This document shows positions 9,039 to 20,176 of a stretch of DNA of 64,000 nt, in pieces. Every line of letters starts with the position of its first letter. The first letter of the stretch is position 1. Below the pieces are notes generated by a model. That model did no database searches and was not told where the DNA came from. It saw only the letters and a list, made by a program, of their open reading frames with translations. Source of the stretch: Mantamonas sphyraenae STR306 (Eukaryota; Protista; CRuMs); assembly GCA_026936335.1 (NCBI GenBank), contig JAPMXV010000046.1, positions 248,001 through 312,000 of the forward strand, read 5' to 3'. A program made the translations under genes and the position numbers.

Positions 9039-12000
9039 GGTGGGTCTCGACACGGAAAAACGGGGAGTTGGGTTGGCCTCGCCGCAATGGTCCTGCTCAC
9101 ACGCTCACACACACACGCACGCACACACGACACACTCCCGTGCTTTCCCACAACAGTCGCTTTTCGACGCGTTTGAAGAATACGACGACAGCCCGTTTGA
9201 GTACGACACGTACGACATGGCCCCCGTGGAGGACATGGTACGACTCTGCGTTGGGCCTCCCCTCTGCCTGCTCGTTCCCGTTTTCAAGCACCTTTTGCAC
9301 CCACACACCACCCGCTGACCCCCACGGCCGTCCCTCTTACGTTGTGCATCGAATTACCCACCATCCCGTGTGCGCACACAGGTGGACACGGGGTATGTCA
9401 ACCTGTCCACGAGCGAGGAGCGGCAGCCGATCGTCAGCATGGAACTGGTCGACTACAACTTCCGCGACTGCAGACAGTGTGTCGTCTGCAACGACATCCT
9501 CCTTGTGGTCATCGGGTCCAACCGGCTGGGTCGCTCCGACATGAAAAAGAGCAACAAGATAACAGGTGCGTGCACGCAACCGGCAGCCGCCTCGTCCCCC
9601 CTCTGCTTCCCTCTTGCGTTCAGGGCCCAACCTCTTGTCCCACACACATACTGCGTGCACCTTGCCATTCCCATCAAGTGCACACACAACCGACCACTCG
9701 ACTGACACACGTCCCACTGTTTGCATATGTCTGTGTGTCCAGATATCCCGCTGGGCAAGCAGCAGGGCACCATTCACCGCATCTTTATGGACCCGACGGG
9801 CAACCACGCACTCGTCTCCTTCACCACGGGCGACAACTACTACCTTCACTCGGGCACAGACAAGCTCAAGGGCCTCTCCAAGCTGCGCGGCCATGTCATC
9901 GACAGCGTGGCGTGGGACCTGGACAACAACTCGGAGCTAACCACACGCAACATCCTCGTCGGCACCGTGCACGGTCAGCTGCTCGAGGTTCTCATCGAGA
10001 GCAAGGACAAGCACGTCAGCCATGTGTACAGCTTTGATGGCGAGTGTGCCATCACAGGCCTCTTTGTCGAACGCTTCCCGTCCGAGAACGACAAGTTCTT
10101 TTGTGTGTGCCACCACCGCCACTCGCATCTACGAATTCATCGGTGGCCCCTCCTTTGAGGCTCTGTTTTCCAGGTATCAGACAAACCCGCGCTTCCGCGA
10201 GCTTCCGGGGAGTGTCGAGCACCATGACCTCCACTTTTACCAAAAGTACGGCGGTCTCAGCAAGTCCTTTGCCTGGCTCACCGAACCGGGCATCTACAAC
10301 GGTGGAATGGTCTTTGGTTCCCAGGGTCCAGGCGACCTCGTCATGACCGACACCTCTCTGACCCCGTTTCACAAGCCCGTCGTCACGGACGACTCGTTTG
10401 GAGGCAGCAGCTCGGCCTCCTCTTCCCAGCACAACCGGCGTCGAAGCAGCAACAAGGGACGCGGCGACGTACGCAACGGTGCAGACGGAGACGACGAGGA
10501 CGACGACACGGCTCCCATCTCCATGGTGCTCCTGGAGTTTCACTACCTGGTGATGTTTGAGAACCGGCTGCAGGTGATCTCGCGCCTCAGCGAGCAGGTG
10601 GTGGAGGAGGAACGCTTCACATACGACCAACGCCTGGCCATGGGCCTGCCGTGCGCTTTGTGCTACGACCGCGTCAACAACACCTACTGGATGGCCACCC
10701 AAAAGATGCTCTTTGCACTGGTCATCACTGACGAGGACCGCAACGCATGGCAGCTCTTTCTGGACCAGGGACAATACGAAACCGCCTTGTCGTACACCAA
10801 GGATCCCATCCAACGCGACAAAGTCCTGTCTGTGCAGGCGGAAAAGTTCTTTGAGCAAGGCTCGTACGAATTGGCTGCCACCATCTATGCCAAGACGCAA
10901 AAGAGCTTCGAAGAGGTCACCCTCAAGTTTGTAGAGCGCAACGAGGTGGAGGCGCTCAAAACGTTCCTCCTCAACAAGCTGGACAACATCAAGCCCAACG
11001 AGAAGACTCAGCTCACCATTGTGTCCACCTGGCTCACAGAGATCTACCTGGACAAGATCAACTATTACATCGAAGAGACGTACGCCACAGAGGGAGACGA
11101 CACAGACACATCGTCATCCGCTTCATACGCCTCCAACAGCGTGGGCGGGGGCGCAACAGGAAACAACCGCACGGCGGTGGCGCAGCTCAAAGCCACGCGC
11201 GAAGAGTTTCGCCAGTTTCTGCTGGATGCAAAGCCCAACCTCAATCCCAAGACGACATACAACCTGATCTCCAGCCACGGCCAGGTGGAGGAGCTGCTGT
11301 ACTTTGCCCGGCTCACGGAAGACTACGACCGCGTCATCAACTACCACATGCTGCGTGGCGAGTACGACGACGTCCTGGATGTGCTCAACAAGCAGGAGTT
11401 TCCTGAGCGTTTCTACAAGTATTCGCCGGCGCTGATGAAGGTGGCGCCGTACAAAACGGTCAACGCGTTTATGCAAAAGGGAACGGCATTGGATCCGCGG
11501 CGGTTGATCCCTGCCCTCATGCACTACAAGGGCACAGACACGCTTGCGGAAGGGCCTGCGGAGAAAGCAAAACCAGGCCATCCGGTACCTGAAGCACCTG
11601 GTGCGCAACGGCAACGAAGACCCAGCCATCCACAACTACCTGCTGTCGCTGTATGTGCAGCACGACGACGAGCGTGCACTGCTTCTCTTTCTCAATGAAG
11701 CGGAGAAGAATGTGTGCTACGACGTCAAGTACGCGCTGCGGCTGTGCACGCGACACGGGCGGAGGCACGCGTGTGTGCTGATCTACGGCACGCTGGAAAT
11801 GTACCACGAGGCGGTGGAGATGGCCCTAGAGTTTGACGTGGATCTGGCCAAAGTGTATGCAGACAAGCCGCTGGAGTGGGAGGAACGCAAGGTGCTGTGG
11901 CTGCTCATTGCGAAGAAGGTGGTCACTGAGGACGAGCAGGACGGCCAGGAGGGCGACAACGACAGCGCACGTGCACACAGGACACATCAAAGCGTGCCAT

Positions 12001-12691
12001 CGACTTTCTGTCCGAGACCACCCTGTTGACCATCGAGGATGTGTTGCCTTTCTTCCCCAAGTTTGACCTCATCGACGATTTTCGCAACGTCATCTGCAAG
12101 TCCCTGGAGGACTACAACCGCCACATTCTGGACCTGACCGACGAGATGAAGCAGTCGACAGAGAGCGCAGACCTGATCCGCCAGGACATCCGCGAAACGC
12201 GAAAGCGCTACGGTTATGTGGAGGCAACGCAGCGGTGCAACGTGTGCGAGTACCCGCTGGCCGTGCGCTCTTTCTACGTGTTTCCCTGCCAGCACATGTT
12301 CCATGAGGACTGTCTGTTGCAGGAGCTCAAGGCCAACCAGACGCCGTCGCAGCGTGAACGCATCGAAATGCTGCAAAACAGGATCCACGCCCACGAAACA
12401 GGCGCTATCCAGCAGGAGGCACACCGTGAAAACGCTCTCGAGGGAGCTGTCGATGTGCTGGCGAGTGCCTTTGAAGGACTGCACATGCACGCCGGAGCAG
12501 CGTCCAAGACGGCGACGGCAAACGAGGCCAAGGCGACACAGCTAAGCGAGCTGGCACGCCTGCGTGCCGAGTTGGATGAGGCAGTGGCCTCCAAGTGTCT
12601 ATATTGCAGCGAGCTGATGGTACGTAGCATCGACCAGCCTCTGGTGGACATTTTCTCCGACGAGAACGGCTCGTGGCAACTGGACGCGTGA
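9037..12691 (+). CDS. VPS18: Vacuolar protein sorting 18 (HOPS/CORVET subunit); spliced, with three frame breaks
   Basis: ATG|intron|SLFDAFEEY...TGYVN resembles animal MASILDEY...SGYVN. Also IFMDPTGNHALVS, SFEEVTLKF, EDPAIHNYLLSLY, IEDVLPFFP and a C-terminal RING (CNVC...FYVFPCQHMFHEDC...CLYC). Introns about 9040-9156, 9238-9381, 9566-9743. Frame breaks near 10100, 11565, 11980. Confidence 0.92.
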
Positions 12692-12740
12692 GCAGACGCG
12701 GATTGAAGAGAACAGCTGTCTGGGCTTCCCATCCCTGCCT

Positions 12741-15700
12741 TCATCCCAATTCCTCTTGTCGAAACATTTCCGTGATTGTGTTGAGCTTGAAGAATGCAGC
12801 CTCTTGGTTGCGTATGCGCTTCTCGACCTTTTCGTCGCGCAGGCGTCGCAGCTCCTGTTCTTTGTCCACTGTGGTGCGCAGGTCCTTGAGTGCATTCTCG
12901 TGTGTGGCACGCAGCTGTTCATATGCCGCACGCAGTTCGCTCAGACTGTGGTTTGTGTCCTGATTGTTGGACTTGGCCTCGTTGCGCGCGTTTGCAAGGT
13001 CGAGCTCCAGGCGCCCGTGCGCCTCCTTGCGTTGCTCAAATCCACTGCGAGTGCTTGTCTCCAACAACTTGTGTTGCTCTCCAAGCTCGCGTAGGGCTGC
13101 GTTGACCCGTGCCAGTTCTGTGTCCAACTGTTTGGCCATGTTTTCCTCCAACTTTGCGGCCGCGGCGTCTTGCTTCTCCGCACGTGCATTGCTCGACTGA
13201 TCGAGCTTCTCCAGCTGTTTCTGCGTGTCACGGATACCGTCTTTCAGCTGTTCCAGTGCTGCCTGCGAGTTTGCATGCCGCTCCGAAGCCTGATCATCCA
13301 TCGCCGCAAGCGCCTCGCCGCGCTCCTTGCTCTCCTTCTCCATCTGCGCTTGCAGGTCGTCCATCCGTGCCTTTGCTGCAGCATCCTTGCTCTCCATACT
13401 CTCGCCCTGTTTCGTCAAGTCCTCCAAGATCTTGGTGGCCATGTCATCCAACGCAAGGCGCGATCCTTCCGCAAAGGCTGCCTGCTGCTCCGTGTTGCGT
13501 TCGACTTGCTCCTGCAGCTTCTCCACAGCATGCTTCCACGCCTCGCTCTGTGCCTCCAGGCGAGCGTCCAGCTTGTCCAGGGCGCCGTCGTGCTTGAGCA
13601 GTCGGTTTTCGTTGTTGCTGTTGAACACCTCCTGCTGGCGCTCCACACGCTCCAAATCGTCCAACATGGCCGTCTTTGCGGCGTCAAGCAGCTCGAGTTG
13701 CGTTTGTGTGTGTTGGTGTTCCTCAGCCAGGCGTTGGGTAAGCTGAGCCAGCTGGTTGTCCAGAGAGTGTTGCATCCCTTGCAACTCGGCGTTTGTGTGT
13801 GCACTGAGCACCTCGTGGTCGGACTCGTGCTTGGTTTTGAGTAGCTCCTGTGCAGAAATGACCATTTCCACGCGTGCATACAGGGTGTCCATCTGCTTGG
13901 ACAGATCCGACATGGTGGCAAAGCGCCCGCCGCTACGCGACCGTTCCGCATCCTCCAAGTCCAGTCGCTTGCGAAACGTATCCATTTCCGTCTGCATGCC
14001 CTGTTTGTCCTTGGTCAACCGGGCCACCTGTTGTCGTAGCTGGTCCACATCCACTCCGAGACGCTTGTTTTCGTTCCGCAACGCCTCGCACTCGTTGATG
14101 ATCTTGTGGTACGACGCACGCATATTGCTTGCACCCAACATGGTAGAGTCGCCACCACCTCCTCCTGTGCCACTGCTGCGCAACTCCAGGATTTCCTCGT
14201 TGAAGCGTGCTTCGATGGTGCGCACGAGGCTGTGCAGCGAATCAAAGTCATGCACAGCTCCAGCCCCACTGCCACCCACCTTGCGTCGCATGCCACTGTC
14301 AGTATGCAACGACAGCTGCGAGCGAGACGAGGAGAGGCCCGCGGCTGCCGCGAATCCGCTCTCGCTCGGCGTCCACAGGTCGCTGCTCATGCTGCGGTTG
14401 TCACCCGAGGCAGATGCTGCTGAAGAAGAGGAGGAAGAGGAGGAAGAGGTGCCACTGGAGCTGGTGGAGCTGGTGGACGTGTTGCCAAAGGTGTCTGCAA
14501 AGGGATCGATGGAGGGGTCGTCGAGCCAGCTGAACTGATCGCGCAGTGTCTCGGGTTCCTTTGTGTCAAAGGCACTGGCGGGCAATTCCCTGCACAGAGC
14601 TTCAATGGGCGTCCATCGGTTGAGACTCTTGCCGCTGCCGTGGCCCAATTGGCCCAGGACTCCGTTGCCGCAACTGTACACGTTCTTGGCCGAGGTGGCC
14701 ACCAGCGAATGGTTCCCTCCACAGGCCACGGCCACCACATTCTCATTTTCCAATGCTTTGACGAGGGAAAACTCAGAGACTCGCTTCGAGTGGCCCAGGC
14801 CCAGTTCGCCCTTGACATTCTGGCCCGTGCCAAACACCTTGTCCTTGTTGGTCAACACACACGTGTGGTTGTACGCAGACAGGTTGACCACGGTCACATC
14901 CTTGAGTGCCTCCACCACCGTTGGAGTCAACACACTCTTGCTACTGCCTCCACCCAACTGGCCGTTGACGCCGTCGCCAAACACGTACACCCGTCCCGAC
15001 GCTACATTCCACCACGAGGAGGGCGTGTGTCAGCTTTTGCACCTCTGCAATCCCATCCAGAAACAAGGGGCCCAAGCACAGTTGTTTTCGGTCCCGTCGG
15101 CACAACTTACCATCAAGGGCGACGGTGTGCGAGGCGCCGCACTCGACACGAACAATGGAGGCGTCCACAGCCACCTGCTGGGGTTCAAACTTGTTGATGT
15201 TGTTGCCCAGCCCCAACTGGCCATAAAAGTTGTTGCCACACGTGTACAGCTTGTGATCATCTGCGTGCAAAAAGGGCGCGTGGGGGCGCCGTAAAAGGGA
15301 TGTCAGCGTTGAAGCGTTGACCGTTTTGCTCGCAACGCGCGCAGCGCAGTTGGACGACACAGGGCGGAACGATGGCACCCGTCGCACAAAGGGCGCCACG
15401 GGGACCCTTTCATGGAAGGGCTTACCTGTGACAAAGGCGGTGTGTTGGTGGCCTGCGCTGGCCCAGACGACGGGGCGAGTGGTTTCGACAAGGGTGGGCG
15501 TGTGTCGATTCTTGGTGTCGCCGTGGCCGAGCTGCCCGTACGTGCCGTGGCCAAACGTGTACAGTTCGCCGGACGATGTGACGACCAACGAATGGCTGCT
15601 GCCCGCGCTGACCATGGCTATGCGCTTGTTGCCCAGACTCTGCACAATCTCGGGCAGGCTCAGGTTGTTGTTGTTCCCGTGGCCGAGTTGGCCGTGTCCG

Positions 15701-16041
15701 CCGCCGCCGAAACTCAACACGTGGCCCTCGTCCGTCAACACCAGCGAGTGCGACTCGCCTGCCGCAAGCTGCTTAACACGTGTGCCTTGGATCGACTCCA
15801 CCACCGTCGGCTTCATGGCATCCTTTGTATGACCCAAGCCCAGTTGACCGAAGCGACCAAAGCCAAACGCGTACAGCTTTGTGTCGACTGTGGGTTCGTT
15901 GTGTCAGTGTGTGTGTGTGTACGCCGTGGTGCTTCCCAGGGCCACTCATCCATCACACTCACAATACACGAGCGAATGCCTGTATCCAGCCGCCAACACG
16001 GGCGCGCCGGCCATGGCCCCCGCTGCGTAGCCGCTGGTCAT
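12741..16041 (-). CDS. RCC1-repeat protein with long C-terminal coiled coil; spliced
   Basis: Repeated GxxHS/T...YxFGxGxxGQLGxG motifs over four exons (introns about 15890-15954, 15263-15426, 15002-15110), then a Ser-rich linker and heptad-rich tail. Confidence 0.85.
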
Positions 16042-16139
16042 TGCTTTGGCATGGAGAGGGCACCAACAACTGGGCACCAACAAAGAGACAAGCAAAGAGT
16101 TAATGAAAGCAATGTGTGTGTGTGTGTGTGTTGATTCAA

Positions 16140-18971
16140 TCACGCTGCAAGCATGACTTCGTATCCCCAAGTGACGTTGAGGGCACACCTGTATGGCAAG
16201 TGTGTGGATGCACCACGTGCATCGAGCACGGCCGTGTCCAGGGGCGTCCACTCGGGTCCGACAAAGATCCAATCGTGGCGCTGCGTGGGCTCGTTGGTGG
16301 CATCCGGACTCGGCGGAACGTACGTGAGACCCTTGTTGTTCCGCTGCCACGCTGTTTGGTTGCCCTGAGGATTGCCTGTGATAAAGGTGTCCTGCAAGCG
16401 GGGCGCAAAGAAGCGCTGATCGAGCATGCGTGTGTGTTCGTCGGAATTGGGAGCGGGCGCGCCGAAATCACCGGCAAACAGGGCAAACGCGTGGCCCTTC
16501 CACTGGGCCAGCAGGGCGTCGATTTGGGCCACGCGTTCGGTGGCATTGACGTCGAGCACACGCGCGTCCTCTGCATACAGGGCGGTGGTGATGAGCTTGA
16601 CCACATCCTCGGTGGTGCCAAACGTGACGTTGTAGTCGGGATAGGCCGTGTCTTGTGTGCGAGCCGCAGCCTCGGTCACGTTGCACGTCACGGGACTCAC
16701 GGTGTCGTTGTGGCAGGTGACGACGGTTCGATTGCGCAGGCCGATCTCGGCAGCGACCAGCGAATGGTGCGGCACCACCCCCTGGATGCCACTGGGCAGG
16801 TCTTGGAACTGTACATTGCGCAGTGGGTAGCGCGAGTACACCACGTGCACATGCTGACTGTTGGCCACCTGCACCGCCGCCGCATGCGGATACCGTCGGT
16901 GCAACTGCTGATGGGCCACCATCAGCTGGTCCACGCCGCCGTCCATCAGCCAACCGCGAGACACGCCCTGCAGCGCCAACACATCCGCTTGCACCTGAAG
17001 CGCAGCCACACTGGCCAGGCTCTGGTCCAACACGCTGCGCCCGCGTGCGTCGCGCCCGTGATTGATGTTGTATGTGGCCACTGTCATGGGCAACGACGGT
17101 GTGCTCGGTCCGCTGGGCACCACAGACAGCGAGGCGCCCAACGCAAGCATGACCACAAGCACGACAAGGAGAAGGAGGAGGATGAGCAGCAACGGCTGCC
17201 AGGCAACCCACGATCGCTTCTCATCCTGCACACGCGTCGCCTGTTCCGCCTCGTTGCGTTGCATCAGCTCGTCCGTGTGCTCGGTGGTCGGTTCCGGCAG
17301 CAAGTTGCACGTGTATGTGGACCACAGGGAGCAGGCGGTGAGGAGGAGGGCGGCGAGGGCCAAGAGGGTGCCCACCAACTCGCCCGAACGCATGTGCAGG
17401 TACACAAAAACACTGCCCAGTGCACATCCAACGGTCCACATGAGCATGGAAAGCACCATGCCAAGCCGACGATACTGCTGCGTGCCACTAAAGTGGATCA
17501 GGCGCGCTTCGTCGCCCACCACCCGCGAATAAATACCAAAGTCAATCTCCATGTCCGCCAAGGAGGAAGAGGACGAGTCGCCAGCCCCGCCTGCTTCAGC
17601 TTCCTCCTGCGTCTGTTTCCTCTTGCCCTTTTTGTCCTTGGGCATCTGGCTGACCCTTCGCTTGCCTCCCCTGCCCTTGGCGGCCACAGACGAGCTCTTG
17701 CGTTGCCTCCACTTGGGCAGCGAGTCCAACTTCATGACATAGCGGCCCTCGCTATCACCGGGGCGTGGGGAGCGTGGCCAGGACTCTCGGGAGCCACACA
17801 GAGCCACCACCAGCATGAAACTGCTCATCACATTGGCCAGGGGCAGGGACACAAGCGCCACCACGGGACTGGTGTTGTTGAACAGCACAGTAAGGAGGAA
17901 CAGGAGGCCAGGCAGAACGGGCCACCAGCAGGTGAGCGAAAAGAACTGCGGCTGCGGGATGGACGACGTGTTCAGGATGGCATACGAACTATCCGTCACA
18001 TAGTCGGGCTGGAGAAACTCGATGGCCTTGATGGCCACGGGCATGGCCAGGATGGCCAGGATGTTGGAGCCGATCATCAGCGCCTGCAGCTGGTACGAGT
18101 CGAGAATCGCCACAATGGTGGACACCTGACCGCTGTTCTGGAAGTACGCCAGTTGGATGTACAAATAGAAGCCCACGGCGAGGCTCTGGGCGGTGGACCA
18201 CACGTTGAGCTCGTGGGTGTCTGTGGAGGAGGGCGGCTCGGGCGCAAGCGAAACGGCCGGCCAGCGAATGCGCCACAGGGCCCATGTGTGGGCCAGGAGA
18301 AGCACCACAAGCAAGGTGTTGGCTGCCGTGAGGTAGGCGCTGCCCGGTTGGAACAAATCGTGCGAGTCGAGGAGGCCACGCAGCAGGGAGTCGAGGACAA
18401 CGCCGATGGCCAGCCCAAAGGTGAACCGTTGAATCATCAGGGCGCGTTTCTTCTTTGCTATCTCCAGCAGGAGGGGCAGGAGGAGGGTGGAGGCAAACAT
18501 GCCCATGAGACAGGCGACGAGTTCGACCACCACGTCGCCTGCAATCTGTTGGACGAGTCGCATGACGAGCTGGGTGGCGCCGAAGAAAGCAACGGCGCGA
18601 CGCGAGGAGACGCGGTACCGAGTCATGAGGACGGGTACGGGAAGCGCCAGGATAAACGGAAGGAGGACGAGAAAGAGGAGGGTGGACGCAGTGGCCTCGC
18701 GTGTGTTGCTCTCCTGTATCATGAGTCGCACGCCAAAGTGAAGGGCGGGCAAGAGGCCGCGAACAAAGTGGGCCAGCAGCATCACGCTGACGGCAGCACA
18801 CAGGCTCATGGCGCCCGGGTGCCTCCATCCGTGGAATAGCGTGCGCAGCATCCTGTCTTTGTGGCGGGGTTTGCGACTACTTTGTCGTGCGGTGTTGGAT
18901 TTGGGCGAGCTGCGCAGCGCAGCGCGCTGCGCCTGCCAAGCTTGCATATCCTGCAGTTCTCTTGCCACCAT
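16140..18971 (-). CDS. Polytopic membrane protein with C-terminal endonuclease/exonuclease/phosphatase (EEP)-like domain; CWH43/PGAP2IP-like architecture; catalytically degenerate
   Basis: Many hydrophobic helices, then MTVATYNINHG, ADVLALQGVSRGW, YSRYP, AGDFG, RHDWIF, ASTHLP; intronless. Start uncertain (18971, 18947 or 18851). Confidence 0.75.
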   Translation of the reverse strand: MVARELQDMQAWQAQRAALRSSPKSNTARQSSRKPRHKDRMLRTLFHGWRHPGAMSLCAAVSVMLLAHFVRGLLPALHFGVRLMIQESNTREATASTLLFLVLLPFILALPVPVLMTRYRVSSRRAVAFFGATQLVMRLVQQIAGDVVVELVACLMGMFASTLLLPLLLEIAKKKRALMIQRFTFGLAIGVVLDSLLRGLLDSHDLFQPGSAYLTAANTLLVVLLLAHTWALWRIRWPAVSLAPEPPSSTDTHELNVWSTAQSLAVGFYLYIQLAYFQNSGQVSTIVAILDSYQLQALMIGSNILAILAMPVAIKAIEFLQPDYVTDSSYAILNTSSIPQPQFFSLTCWWPVLPGLLFLLTVLFNNTSPVVALVSLPLANVMSSFMLVVALCGSRESWPRSPRPGDSEGRYVMKLDSLPKWRQRKSSSVAAKGRGGKRRVSQMPKDKKGKRKQTQEEAEAGGAGDSSSSSLADMEIDFGIYSRVVGDEARLIHFSGTQQYRRLGMVLSMLMWTVGCALGSVFVYLHMRSGELVGTLLALAALLLTACSLWSTYTCNLLPEPTTEHTDELMQRNEAEQATRVQDEKRSWVAWQPLLLILLLLLVVLVVMLALGASLSVVPSGPSTPSLPMTVATYNINHGRDARGRSVLDQSLASVAALQVQADVLALQGVSRGWLMDGGVDQLMVAHQQLHRRYPHAAAVQVANSQHVHVVYSRYPLRNVQFQDLPSGIQGVVPHHSLVAAEIGLRNRTVVTCHNDTVSPVTCNVTEAAARTQDTAYPDYNVTFGTTEDVVKLITTALYAEDARVLDVNATERVAQIDALLAQWKGHAFALFAGDFGAPAPNSDEHTRMLDQRFFAPRLQDTFITGNPQGNQTAWQRNNKGLTYVPPSPDATNEPTQRHDWIFVGPEWTPLDTAVLDARGASTHLPYRCALNVTWGYEVMLAA

Positions 18972-18987
18972 GAGTGCTTCGGCCACA

Positions 18988-19989
18988 ATGGGCAAGATCA
19001 ACTGGGAGGCGTACAACTATCCGCCTCGCCTCAAGGTACGTGGGAAGGGGAATGGGAAAGGAAGAGAGAGAGAGCTGAGAAGCCCGTGCAGACGGCGGAG
19101 ATGATGCGTAGGCGACAACTCACACTGTAGACACACGGGATGGACACATGAACACAGCTGGTGCACTATGACCTGGCCGAGCTGCCAGAGAACCTGCGTG
19201 TACCCGTGCGCTGGTCCAACCGCACGATGAAGCTGCTGTTTTTCAACCTTTTCTTCAACTGTGGGTTGGGAGGGACGCGGAGAGAACACGCCTCCAGCGC
19301 CTGCCGCCGCAGGGACATGGGGCGGCGGACGCGGGCATGGCGTGAGGAATGCGAGCGGTGGCACGCGGGAGAGACACAAAAGCAATGATGCTGACAATGT
19401 ACGGGCGTGCGCCTGTGTTTCGGGTGCGTGGGGGCTGCTGTGTGCGCAGTTGTGAGCATGATCATTGCCGCAAGCGGAGGAACACCCAACGCAGGCTTCT
19501 TCATTGCGTTTTCGCTGTTTAGTGAGTGAACATGTGGCACAGAGGCGGAAGGAGGGATCTCACGAAATGAGTTTGGGTTGCACGCAGTGGCTGACACGAG
19601 GGAGTGCGCTGAACGCAGACGCGGTGCTGATCTCGGTGCTTGGTTTCTGGGGCTTCTACGCTGGCTACAAGTACGTGGCGACGGGCAGCCGAAGGAATTT
19701 CACCAAGTATGCATTCTCGCAGCTGTGCTTGTTTGTGTTTGGCATGGTGGCCAGCATTGCAGGCGGACTGAACATGAACGGCTGGGCGAACATCTCGCGC
19801 GCCGCATCTGCCGCCAGCACCACTGCGGACGCATGGGCAGCCACCGCTGTGATGGAGGGCATCCTGTGGACCATCTTTTACCTCCTCACGGGTTACCATT
19901 GCTACCTGCACAAGCAGGTGGACTCGCTCGCAGGCAAGCTCACAGGCGCGGTTGCCAAGGCTGCCGTCAAAGCCGGCGGGGCTGTGTGA
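18988..19989 (+). CDS. SCAMP-like four-TM protein; 4 exons; start 18988 or 18970
   Basis: NYPP...LVHYDL..LP motif (SCAMP NWPP...FYQDI..EIP) followed by TM helices. Introns about 19036-19157, 19261-19449, 19522-19618. Confidence 0.65.
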
Positions 19990-20176
19990 GCATTCAGCAC
20001 AAATCAACGTATTTCATGTGACACAAAACAGAAAGGGGAAAGGGAAGGGGGGGGGAACGGGGTGATGGCAAAGAGAAGAAAGGCGAGTTGAAACCATCCG
20101 CCGTAGCAGGCAACTGCATCCAGCAACCTCTTGCCACAGGAAAACAAGAACATCCCACATTGCGAAAGAACACCTC

